DNA from: Gammaproteobacteria bacterium | GTDB lineage: Bacteria > Pseudomonadota > Gammaproteobacteria > SZUA-152 | DNA: 64,000 bases | Assembly: GCA_050116575.1 (NCBI GenBank) | Contig: JASFOJ010000007.1 | Coordinates: forward strand, 18-64,017 | Direction: 5' to 3' | In this document: positions 1 to 8,482 of the stretch, in pieces | How positions within the stretch are numbered: the first letter of the stretch is position 1 | Layout of the letters: every line of letters begins with the position of its first letter | Translations under genes and position numbers: made by a program | Notes under the pieces: model-generated | What the model was told of the DNA's origin: nothing | The model's input: the letters and a program-made list of their open reading frames with translations, nothing else | Database searches by the model: none

Positions 1-263
1 ACGACTTGCCGTTCAGAATTAGCAAAAACGGCCGGGTTAATTTAAAAAGTTAATCGAGTCTGCAAACCGCTGGCAGACACCGGGCTTTGTACGTGCACGT
101 TACTGGTAAAATCAAGCAGGATTACCTGTCGTCATGCAAGATATCGGCCCCGGATACCTAAAACTATACACTCCGTGTGTTTTTTACGCGAAAAGTTCAA
201 TTTAAGCGCCATTTAGCGCTCAAAACAGGCTGTTTACGCGAAATTCTTCTGATTGATAAGAAC

Positions 264-950
264 TCAGCGGCTGCGATAGAGCGTCAGTACGTGGTCAACC
301 ACCTCAGCGATGGTCATCTGCGTGGTGTCCAGCTCAATGGCGTTATCCGCCGCTTTCAGGGGAGCGGTACTGCGTAAGCTGTCGCGATTGTCCCGCTCGG
401 CGATCTCGTCAAAAAGATCGGCAAGATTAACACTTGCGCCCTTTTCCATCAACTGGTTATAGCGCCTTTTTGCCCTCTCCTCGGCCGAAGCGGTGAGAAA
501 AATCTTCAAATCGGCATCAGGAAAGACCACGCTGCCCATATCACGGCCGTCGGCCACCAGTCCCGGTGGCTGCTGAAAGGCCCGTTGCCGATCCAGCAAT
601 GCACTGCGTACTGCGGGAATGGCTGCCACGGTCGACGCGGCATTGCCGCACTCCTCGGTGCGAATGGTCTGCGTCACATTCTCGTCACCCAGGTATATGG
701 CCGCTTCCTGGCCGTTGGCGCCGGCGACAAAGCGCGCATCCAGGTCACGGGCCACGGCCTCCAGCTCGGTATTATTATCCAGTGGAATCTGATGTTTTAA
801 TGCGGCGTAGGCCACCAGACGGTATAACGCACCGCTGTCCAACATGTGCCAGCCGAGCGCCTCGGCAACGCGGGCACTGATAGTGCCTTTGCCCGAGGCG
901 CTGGGACCGTCGATGGTAATCACCGGTGCCGCCTGGCTATTGCTGCTCAT
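264..950 (-). CDS. cmk: cytidylate kinase
   Basis: 228 aa. The P-loop ITIDGPSASGKGT is near the N-terminus. Length and position next to aroA match the cmk locus of Pseudomonas-like genomes. Confidence 0.9.
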   Translation of the reverse strand: MSSNSQAAPVITIDGPSASGKGTISARVAEALGWHMLDSGALYRLVAYAALKHQIPLDNNTELEAVARDLDARFVAGANGQEAAIYLGDENVTQTIRTEECGNAASTVAAIPAVRSALLDRQRAFQQPPGLVADGRDMGSVVFPDADLKIFLTASAEERAKRRYNQLMEKGASVNLADLFDEIAERDNRDSLRSTAPLKAADNAIELDTTQMTIAEVVDHVLTLYRSR

Positions 951-1015
951 AATATTTGCTACCTGTACTCGTCACAATACAACACCCCAATATGACACGC
1001 CGATAACGTCCGCGA

Positions 1016-2353
1016 CTAACCGAACGCCTGGCGGGATTCAATGGCAAGACCGGCATTGCGGACCAACGCCACGAACCCGGGAAACGAGGTATTAACGTTG
1101 GCGCAATCGTGAATGATGATATCGCCACCGGCGCGCAGCGCGGCCATGGCAAACGCCATGGCGATACGGTGATCACCGTGGCTTTGCACTTCGCCACCCG
1201 TCATTTGCCCGCCCCGAATAATCATACCATCCGGCGTGGCTTGGGCATCCACGCCCAGCGCCTGCAGTCCATCCGCCATAACCTGAATGCGGTCGCTTTC
1301 CTTGACCCGCAACTCTTCCGCGCCGGTCAACACCGTGGTGCCATCGGCGCAGGCTGCTGCCACAAACAACACCGGGAATTCATCTATGGCCAGCGGCACC
1401 TGGTCTTCGGGAATGTGAATCCCTTTGAGCCTGGCATCGCGTACCGTAAGATCCGCCACCGGCTCGCCGCCCACTTCCCGTTCGTTGCTAATGGTAATGT
1501 CCGCGCCCATGGCCTTGAGTATATTGATCACGCCAGTACGGGTGGGATTCATGCCCACGTGCTCCAGGGTCAATACCGACCCGGTTGCGATACTGGCACC
1601 CACCAGAAAAAAGGCTACTGAGGAAATATCCGCCGGTACCTCGATGGTGGTCGCTGTTAACTTGCCGCCGCCCTGCAGGCAAACCCGGTTGTCGCGGCGC
1701 TCAACCGAATAACCAAACCCCGCCAGCATACGTTCAGTATGATCCCGCGTCGGCGCGGGTTCCGTAACACAGGTTTCGCCCTGGGCGTAGAGACCGGCCA
1801 ATAACACACAGGACTTTACCTGGGCACTGGCCACCGGCAGCTCGTAATCAATGCCCGATAGTGGTGACCCGCCGTGAATAACCAGCGGCGCCGTTCCCTC
1901 GGGCGTGGTATCGATCTTCGCCCCCATGGCCTCCAATGGGCCGGTCACTCGCCGCATGGGTCGCTTTGACAGGGAAGCGTCCCCCGTCATCGTGACATCG
2001 AAGGACTGACCGGCCATCAATCCAGCTAACAGACGAATTGACGTGCCGGAATTGCCCAGGTCCAGTGGCTTGGCCGGCGGATTTAAACCATGCATGCCCA
2101 CGCCGTGCACCACCACACGGCCGTTGTCCGGTCCTTCAATACTGACCCCCATGGCGCGAAACGCGGCCAGCGTCGCCAGGCTGTCCTCGCCTTCCAGGAA
2201 TCCGGTGATCTGCGTCACGCCCTCGGCCAGGGACCCCAACATAATGGAACGATGGGAAATGGACTTGTCACCAGGCACCCGAAATTGGCCGTTGAGGCTG
2301 CCGCCGGGTTTAACGTTAAACACAAGTTCGGTCTTGGATGCGGAATGGCTCAT
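1016..2353 (-). CDS. aroA: 3-phosphoshikimate 1-carboxyvinyltransferase (EPSP synthase)
   Basis: 445 aa. Contains the EPSPS signatures VPGDKSISHRSIMLGSLAEG, LGNSGTSIRLL and a HGDHRIAMAFAMA-type C-terminus. Confidence 0.93.
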   Translation of the reverse strand: MSHSASKTELVFNVKPGGSLNGQFRVPGDKSISHRSIMLGSLAEGVTQITGFLEGEDSLATLAAFRAMGVSIEGPDNGRVVVHGVGMHGLNPPAKPLDLGNSGTSIRLLAGLMAGQSFDVTMTGDASLSKRPMRRVTGPLEAMGAKIDTTPEGTAPLVIHGGSPLSGIDYELPVASAQVKSCVLLAGLYAQGETCVTEPAPTRDHTERMLAGFGYSVERRDNRVCLQGGGKLTATTIEVPADISSVAFFLVGASIATGSVLTLEHVGMNPTRTGVINILKAMGADITISNEREVGGEPVADLTVRDARLKGIHIPEDQVPLAIDEFPVLFVAAACADGTTVLTGAEELRVKESDRIQVMADGLQALGVDAQATPDGMIIRGGQMTGGEVQSHGDHRIAMAFAMAALRAGGDIIIHDCANVNTSFPGFVALVRNAGLAIESRQAFG

Positions 2354-2395
2354 GATGTGATGGGTCCGGTCGACTGCGGTATTAATTAGTAATAG

Positions 2396-3280
2396 TTATT
2401 TGTGACTGAACTGGTCCCGGGATGCCTTTGCGCGTTTGAAAACATCCAGGATATAGTTGCTGTCGTTATCGGCAATGGCCTTGCCCAGGCGGGCAAGATC
2501 GGTCTCAAAACGTTTGAGGATATTCAAAATGGCTTGCCGGTTATTGACACAGATGTCATGCCACATTTGCGGTTCGCTGGAGGCAATACGGGTAAAGTCG
2601 CGAAAGCCGCCAGCGGCATATTGAAAAATTTCCGCTTTCTCATCCAGCGTAGCCAGGGTGTCCACCAGGGCAAAGGCCAATAAATGCGGCAAGTGGCTGG
2701 TGGCAGCCAGCACGTCATCGTGATGGTCAACGTCCATGGTACTGACGATGGCCCCGGTGGCCTGCCACATGCGGGTTACTTTTTCTACGGCGGCGGTATC
2801 GGTTTGATTCAACGGCGTCAGCAACACCCGGCGATGATGAAACAAACCGGCAAAGGACGCTTCAACGCCGCTTTTTTCCGTACCGGCAATGGGGTGGCCC
2901 GGTACAAAATGGGCGGGCACTTCGCCGTAGGCATTGCCAACCGCCTGCACCACGCTGCCTTTGGTACTGCCCACGTCGGTAATCACCGCCTGCGAGTCGG
3001 CGGCGGTTTTGATTTGTTGAAACACCGCCTCCATGGCGCCTACGGGTACGGCCACTACGATCAACTCGGAACCTTTTACCGCCTTGGCAACGTCCGTTTC
3101 GTATTTATCAATCACGTCCAGGTCAATGGCCTGTTGCAGGTGGTCCTTGTTCAGGCCGCAACCGACGATTTGGTCCACCACTTGCGCTTCCCGCAGCGCC
3201 CGCGCCAGGGAGCCACCGATCAGACCGACGCCGATCACGGTGAGTTGTTTGATATTGAAATTGTTATTCGTGGATACCAA
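2396..3280 (-). CDS. tyrA: prephenate/arogenate dehydrogenase
   Basis: 294 aa. N-terminal Rossmann motif LTVIGVGLIGGSLARAL, a PGHPIAGTEKSG active-site region, and aromatic-pathway neighbours. Confidence 0.85.
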   Translation of the reverse strand: MVSTNNNFNIKQLTVIGVGLIGGSLARALREAQVVDQIVGCGLNKDHLQQAIDLDVIDKYETDVAKAVKGSELIVVAVPVGAMEAVFQQIKTAADSQAVITDVGSTKGSVVQAVGNAYGEVPAHFVPGHPIAGTEKSGVEASFAGLFHHRRVLLTPLNQTDTAAVEKVTRMWQATGAIVSTMDVDHHDDVLAATSHLPHLLAFALVDTLATLDEKAEIFQYAAGGFRDFTRIASSEPQMWHDICVNNRQAILNILKRFETDLARLGKAIADNDSNYILDVFKRAKASRDQFSHK

Positions 3281-3368
3281 AGTCGTTTACCAATAATTTG
3301 TTTATCATTTAGTGACGTAGCGTGCGCCGTGCAGACAATCGGCCTTTCGGCAAAGACGAACCATTGAT

Positions 3369-3642
3369 TGCCTGCAAGCAGGCTCCTACACAGAAATAAC
3401 CCATCATGGTCGATTCCGGTGTAGGAGCCAGCCTGCTGGCGATAAAACGTTACAGACATTCTCCTCGGTTTCCGCCCACCCATTAGCCATCAGGTAATTG
3501 GGTGATGGGCACGATTTACCTTTGACGGTTTGACACCAAGTCCCAGCACGGAATAAACCTTCCATCGCCTGCAAGCAGGCTCCTACAACCGAAAAACCGC
3601 CGCGGGATATTCCAGTATAGGAGTCAGCCCCCGGCTGACGAT
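3369..3642. repeat. composite REP-like element, copy A (two imperfect palindromes flanking a conserved ~120-bp core)
   Basis: Palindrome arms GCCTGCAAGCAGGCTCCTAC (3369-3390) and GTAGGAGCCAGCCTGCTGGC (3421-3440). A second pair lies at 3566-3642. The whole unit recurs at 14587-14860. Confidence 0.75.
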
Positions 3643-3660
3643 CGTGTAATGTGTCGCCGT

Positions 3661-4770
3661 TTACAATACTTTTTTCAGCGCCGCGAGAAAACGTTCGTTT
3701 TCCTCCGGCAATCCGATGGTGACGCGAATGTGGTTGGGCATCCCGTAGTTGGCAACCGGGCGCACGATGACGCCTTCATGTAAGAGCGCATCATACACTT
3801 TTGCCGCGTCTTTGCCGATATCGACGCTGACAAAATTGGCCACCGACGGTATGTATTGCAGGCCCATTCGACTGAACCCTTCCGTTAACAGCCCCATTCC
3901 CGTGGCATTCATGGTAATACTTTCATTAAGATATTGCTGGTCACCCAGCGCCGCCGCAGCCGCCACCAGGCCCAGATGGTTGACGTTAAATGGCTGTCGC
4001 ACACGATTCAGTAAGTCCGCAATATCGGGATGGGAAATCCCATAACCGACGCGTAGCGCCGCCAGACCGTAAGCCTTGGAAAAGGTCCGGGTCACCACCA
4101 GGTTGGGAAACTCCTTGAGCCATGGAATTGCGCTGCAATAACCCTGGGCCTGCATACGCGAATCATTGGCGTACTCAAAATAGGCTTCGTCCACCACCAC
4201 AATGACATGATCCGGTATGCCGGCGATAAAGGCTTTTAACGCCTCGCCGTCTAGCCAGGTGCCGGTGGGATTGTTGGGGTTGGCAATAAAAATGACCCGC
4301 GTGCGGTCATTGACGGCTTCTCGCATGGCCTGTAAATCATGTCCCCATTCCGTGGCGGGTATCACTACCGCCTCGGCGTTAACCGCCTGGGTAACCAGTG
4401 GGTAAACAGCAAACGCATGCTGGGAAAAAATAACTTCATTGTCGGCGGTCACGAAGGCGCGGGCGATCAATTCCAGAATATCATTGGAACCGTTCCCCAA
4501 GGTGATCTGCTCCTGCGCAACGTTAAGCTTGTCGGCAATGGTCTGTTTCAGTACAAAGCCATTACCGTCGGGATAACGAGCCAGCTCGACAAATTCCGAT
4601 TGCATGGCCTGCAACGCCATGGGACTGGGGCCCAACGGATTCTCATTGGACGCCAGCTTGATGATATCGTTGACACGGTATTCCCGTTTTAATTCGTCTA
4701 TGGGTTTGCCCGGCTGGTAAGGCTGTAAACCTTTGAGCCCGGGCGCTGCCAGGTCGAGAAATTTATTCAC
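3661..4770 (-). CDS. hisC: histidinol-phosphate aminotransferase
   Basis: 369 aa class-II aminotransferase. Contains the LASNENPLGPSP motif and the PLP-lysine context TFSKAYGLAALRVGY. Confidence 0.9.
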   Translation of the reverse strand: MNKFLDLAAPGLKGLQPYQPGKPIDELKREYRVNDIIKLASNENPLGPSPMALQAMQSEFVELARYPDGNGFVLKQTIADKLNVAQEQITLGNGSNDILELIARAFVTADNEVIFSQHAFAVYPLVTQAVNAEAVVIPATEWGHDLQAMREAVNDRTRVIFIANPNNPTGTWLDGEALKAFIAGIPDHVIVVVDEAYFEYANDSRMQAQGYCSAIPWLKEFPNLVVTRTFSKAYGLAALRVGYGISHPDIADLLNRVRQPFNVNHLGLVAAAAALGDQQYLNESITMNATGMGLLTEGFSRMGLQYIPSVANFVSVDIGKDAAKVYDALLHEGVIVRPVANYGMPNHIRVTIGLPEENERFLAALKKVL

Positions 4771-4836
4771 GGTGATTCGGTCCTTTTGTTGCTGCTCGTT
4801 CCACGGTTGACGAAAATCATCAATAGCGCGGCAACA

Positions 4837-5925
4837 CTACATTACCGCCTTGGGATACGATCCCAGGATTTTCAACATGGCGGCTTCCTGTTCCAGTTCA
4901 TCCAATGCCTTGGCTACCTGCGCGTCGTTCTTGTGCCCTTCAATATCGATAAAGAACACGTAATCCCACATAGTCATTCGCGACGGCCGTGATTCGATGC
5001 GCGACATGGATATATTGTTACTGGCAAACGGTTGCAACAGCCGGTGCAGGGCGCCGGGTTTGTTCATGGTGGAGACCAGTAGTGAGGTTTTGTCAGTACC
5101 CGATGGTGGCGTTTCATGCCGGCCGATAATCAGAAACCGTGTGGTATTGTCCGGCCAGTCCTCGATATTGGTATACAGGATGTTAAGCCCGTAAAGGCTT
5201 GCCGCGATATCACTGGCAATCGCTGCCGCGCCGGTTTCGTCTTTTGCCATGCGCGCCGCCGTGGCATTGCTGCTCACCGCCACCCGTTCAATGCCTGACA
5301 AGTGTTGATCAAGCCATTCGCGGCATTGCGCAAGCGACTGCTGATGGGAATACACGCGGGTAATGTTGGAGATGTCATCCGCGGTGCCCATGAGATTGTG
5401 ATGCACCCGCAACTCCACTTCGCCGCATATTTTCAGCGACGAATTCATAAACCGGTCCAGGGTATGATTGATCACCCCTTCGGTGGAATTTTCAATGGGC
5501 ACTACCCCATAGTGCGCTGCGCCGGATTCCACTTCCCGGAATACATCATCGATAGCCCCCAGGGGCAACGTATTTACCGAGCGGCCAAAATGCTTGAGCG
5601 CCGCGGCCTGGGTAAACGTGCCTTCCGGCCCCAGGTAAGCGATGGTCATGGGCATTTCCAACGCAAGGCACACGGACATGATTTCCCGAAACAGCCGCGC
5701 CATTTCTTCGCCGGGAATGGGGCCCTTGTTGCGTGCCAGCACTTCACGCAACACCTGCGCTTCGCGTTCCGGCCGGTAAAACGCAACATCTTCGCCGGCC
5801 GTCTCCTCCTTGAACCTGGCCACTTCCGTTGCGATTTCCCCGCGCTCACTGATCAGTTGCTGGATTTGCTGGTCCAGTGTGTCAATGCGTTCGCGTAATG
5901 CCTTGAGTTTTTTATCGTCAGCCAT
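4837..5925 (-). CDS. pheA: bifunctional chorismate mutase / prephenate dehydratase (P-protein)
   Basis: 362 aa. N-terminal chorismate mutase helix (LRERIDTLDQQIQQLISER), a prephenate dehydratase core (IAYLGPEGTFTQ, TRFLIIG) and a C-terminal ACT domain (ESRPSR). Confidence 0.92.
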   Translation of the reverse strand: MADDKKLKALRERIDTLDQQIQQLISERGEIATEVARFKEETAGEDVAFYRPEREAQVLREVLARNKGPIPGEEMARLFREIMSVCLALEMPMTIAYLGPEGTFTQAAALKHFGRSVNTLPLGAIDDVFREVESGAAHYGVVPIENSTEGVINHTLDRFMNSSLKICGEVELRVHHNLMGTADDISNITRVYSHQQSLAQCREWLDQHLSGIERVAVSSNATAARMAKDETGAAAIASDIAASLYGLNILYTNIEDWPDNTTRFLIIGRHETPPSGTDKTSLLVSTMNKPGALHRLLQPFASNNISMSRIESRPSRMTMWDYVFFIDIEGHKNDAQVAKALDELEQEAAMLKILGSYPKAVM

Positions 5926-6015
5926 AAGTCTGTCACTACTACGTCAACGAACCCCCGTTAACGAACACCCGTCAACGAGCGCCGGAACGATATGCCGAAA
6001 ACCAGCGCTTGACGG

Positions 6016-7191
6016 TTAAATCCAGTCGTTACAGGTGCGGATCGCCAGCACACCTTCGATTTGTGAAATCTCCTTGATCACCGACTCCGGCACCGGTTTG
6101 TCGACGTCGGTTAATGTATAGGCCAGGTCACCTTTGGAGCGGTTTAACATATCCAGAATGTTCAACCCAGACTTGGCCATGGTCGTTGATATTTGCCCCA
6201 CCATATTGGGCACATTGGAGTTCACAATACCCACCCGGCAGCCTTCGGTATACGGCATAATGACTTCCGGAAAGTTAACGGAGTTCCTAATATTACCGTG
6301 CTCCAGGTATTCGCGCACCTGGTCAGCCACCATGATGGCACAGTTGTCTTCCGCTTCGATAGTGGATGCCCCCAAATGCGGCAGTGTAATAACGCGTTCG
6401 TGATTCTTCAGCAAATTGCTGGGAAAGTCACACACGTAAGCATAGATATGCTTTTCCTTGATGGCTTCGGATACGGCGTTGTCGTCAATGATTCCGGCGC
6501 GGGCGAAATTTAAAATCACCGCTCCTTTTTTCATCAACCGCAACCTGTCCCCGTTTACCATGTTGCGGGTACTGTCCACCAGTGGCACATGAAAGGTCAC
6601 GTAATCGACCTTCGACAACAGGTCATCAATGCCCTTGGCCTTTTCAACCTCCGATGACAATTGCCACGCACCTTCGACGGTAATACCCGGGTCATAGCCA
6701 ATAACGTTCATGCCCAGAGCCAGCGCGGTATTGGCCACTTCACGGCCGATAGCGCCCAGACCGACGACGCCCAGGGTACGCCCCGGCAGTTCGAATCCCT
6801 TGAAGTTTTTCTTACCCGCTTCCACTGCCTTGTTGATTTCCTCGTCGCTGCCTTCCAACTGGCGGGCGAAATCCCAGGACTGGCAGATGTTGCGCGAGGC
6901 CAGCAACATACCGGCAATCACCAGTTCCTTTACCGCGTTGGCATTGGCGCCCGGTGCGTTGAATACGGGAATGCCCAACTTACTGAGCTTGTCCACCGGA
7001 ATGTTGTTAACACCGGCACCGGCACGGCCCACCGCCTTCAGGCTGGCTGGGAGTTCCATATCGTGCATCTTGAAGGACCGCAGCAAGATAGCATCGGGAT
7101 GCTGGATTTCAGAGGCGATTTCATATTTGTCGCGCGGTAGACGGTCAAGCCCTTTAACGGACAGATTATTCAGGGTCAAAATTTTGTACAT
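6016..7191 (-). CDS. serA: D-3-phosphoglycerate dehydrogenase-type 2-hydroxyacid dehydrogenase with C-terminal ACT domain
   Basis: NAD-binding motif GVVGLGAIGREVA, catalytic region HLGASTIEA, and an ACT-like tail. It lies next to serC. The ATG at 7191 has an AAGGA Shine-Dalgarno; the track start at 7197 is TTG. Confidence 0.8.
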   Translation of the reverse strand: MYKILTLNNLSVKGLDRLPRDKYEIASEIQHPDAILLRSFKMHDMELPASLKAVGRAGAGVNNIPVDKLSKLGIPVFNAPGANANAVKELVIAGMLLASRNICQSWDFARQLEGSDEEINKAVEAGKKNFKGFELPGRTLGVVGLGAIGREVANTALALGMNVIGYDPGITVEGAWQLSSEVEKAKGIDDLLSKVDYVTFHVPLVDSTRNMVNGDRLRLMKKGAVILNFARAGIIDDNAVSEAIKEKHIYAYVCDFPSNLLKNHERVITLPHLGASTIEAEDNCAIMVADQVREYLEHGNIRNSVNFPEVIMPYTEGCRVGIVNSNVPNMVGQISTTMAKSGLNILDMLNRSKGDLAYTLTDVDKPVPESVIKEISQIEGVLAIRTCNDWI

Positions 7192-7220
7192 GATCAATCC
7201 TTGTTGTATTGCTTTATGAT

Positions 7221-8303
7221 TCAGGCGTGGCGTTTTTCAAAATCCGTCATAAACGTAATCAACGCATCGATACCCTCTTCCGGCATGGCGTTATAGATGC
7301 TGGCGCGCATACCACCTACGGAACGGTGGCCTTTCAATGTCACCAGGCCCTGTTCCTTGGCTTCACTGAGGAAGGTTGCATCCAGGTCCGCGTTGGCCAG
7401 GGTGAACGGCACGTTCATCCAGGAACGGGAGTTCTTCTCCACGGGGTTTTGATAAAAGGACGAACTGTCGATGGCCGCATACAGTTTGTCCGCCTTGCGC
7501 TTGTTGATCTCGGCCATCGCTGTTAGACCGCCTTTTTTCTTAATCCACTGGAATACCAGGCCGGCCATGTACCAGCCATATGTCGGCGGCGTGTTATACA
7601 TGGAATCGCTGTCGGCGTAGGTTTTGTAGTCCAGCATAGCCGGCACGTTGTCGCCCGCCTTGCCGATTAAATCATCGCGAATAACCACTACGGTTAAACC
7701 GGCAGGCCCAATATTTTTCTGCGCGCCCGCGTAAATAATGCCAAAACGACTGACATCCACGGGGCGGGACAAAATGGTCGACGACATATCCGCCACCAGC
7801 GGCACGTCACCGGTTTCGGGAATATAAGAGAACTCCACGCCACCGATGGTCTCGTTGGGCGTGTAATGCACGTAAGCGGCATCGCTGCTCAAGTTCAGTT
7901 CCGACTGCTCCGGCGCGCGGGTAAAGTTGCCTTGTTCGGTGGTGGCCGCAATGTTCACATCGGCAAAGCGTTTGGCTTCGGCGATGGCTTTTTTGGACCA
8001 GGAACCGGTATTAATATAGTCGGCCCTGGCGTTTCCGGCGGCCAGATTCAGCGGCGCCATGGCAAACTGCAACGAGGCACCGCCTTGCAGAAACAACACC
8101 TTGTAGTTGTCAGGAATGGCCATAAGCTCACGCAAATCGGCTTCGGCCTGTTCAGCAATGGAAATAAATTCCTTGCCGCGGTGACTCATTTCCATCACCG
8201 ACATTCCCGAACCCTGCCAGTCCAGCAGTTCATCCCTGGCCTGCGCCAGTACGTCTTGCGGAATGGCGGCAGGTCCCGCACTGAAGTTATAAACTCGTGT
8301 CAT
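7221..8303 (-). CDS. serC: phosphoserine aminotransferase
   Basis: 360 aa. Begins VYNFSAGPAAIP and has the PLP-lysine region YAGAQKNIGPAG, typical of SerC. Confidence 0.93.
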   Translation of the reverse strand: MTRVYNFSAGPAAIPQDVLAQARDELLDWQGSGMSVMEMSHRGKEFISIAEQAEADLRELMAIPDNYKVLFLQGGASLQFAMAPLNLAAGNARADYINTGSWSKKAIAEAKRFADVNIAATTEQGNFTRAPEQSELNLSSDAAYVHYTPNETIGGVEFSYIPETGDVPLVADMSSTILSRPVDVSRFGIIYAGAQKNIGPAGLTVVVIRDDLIGKAGDNVPAMLDYKTYADSDSMYNTPPTYGWYMAGLVFQWIKKKGGLTAMAEINKRKADKLYAAIDSSSFYQNPVEKNSRSWMNVPFTLANADLDATFLSEAKEQGLVTLKGHRSVGGMRASIYNAMPEEGIDALITFMTDFEKRHA

Positions 8304-8482
8304 AACGTATCACCTCTAAATTTTCCAATGAATTTTTAAATCAGACTGTCACGACGCTGACGGTTCCACATAAAGTAAACCATTGCAAGTAAACCACTGT
8401 GGCTTGCAGTTTGCCGCTTGCAGGCAATTGCAGACAGATATAGCACCTATAGATGACTACAGATGATAGTGCAGCGCACCGG

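Noticed and set aside
58-78. Hairpin GTCTGCAAACCGCTGGCAGAC downstream of cmk considered as its terminator
   Set aside because: The stem is only 6-7 bp. The T-run is separated from it by about 9 nt on the minus strand, so it is not a canonical intrinsic terminator.
3235-3483. 82-aa ORF in the track (and its counterpart at 14559-14876, 105 aa) lying in the tyrA-hisC and ubiG-rmuC spacers
   Set aside because: Both are translations of the REP-like palindromes (peptides such as AGSYTGI and LLAGNQ). They have no Shine-Dalgarno, and their similarity to each other is explained at the DNA-repeat level.
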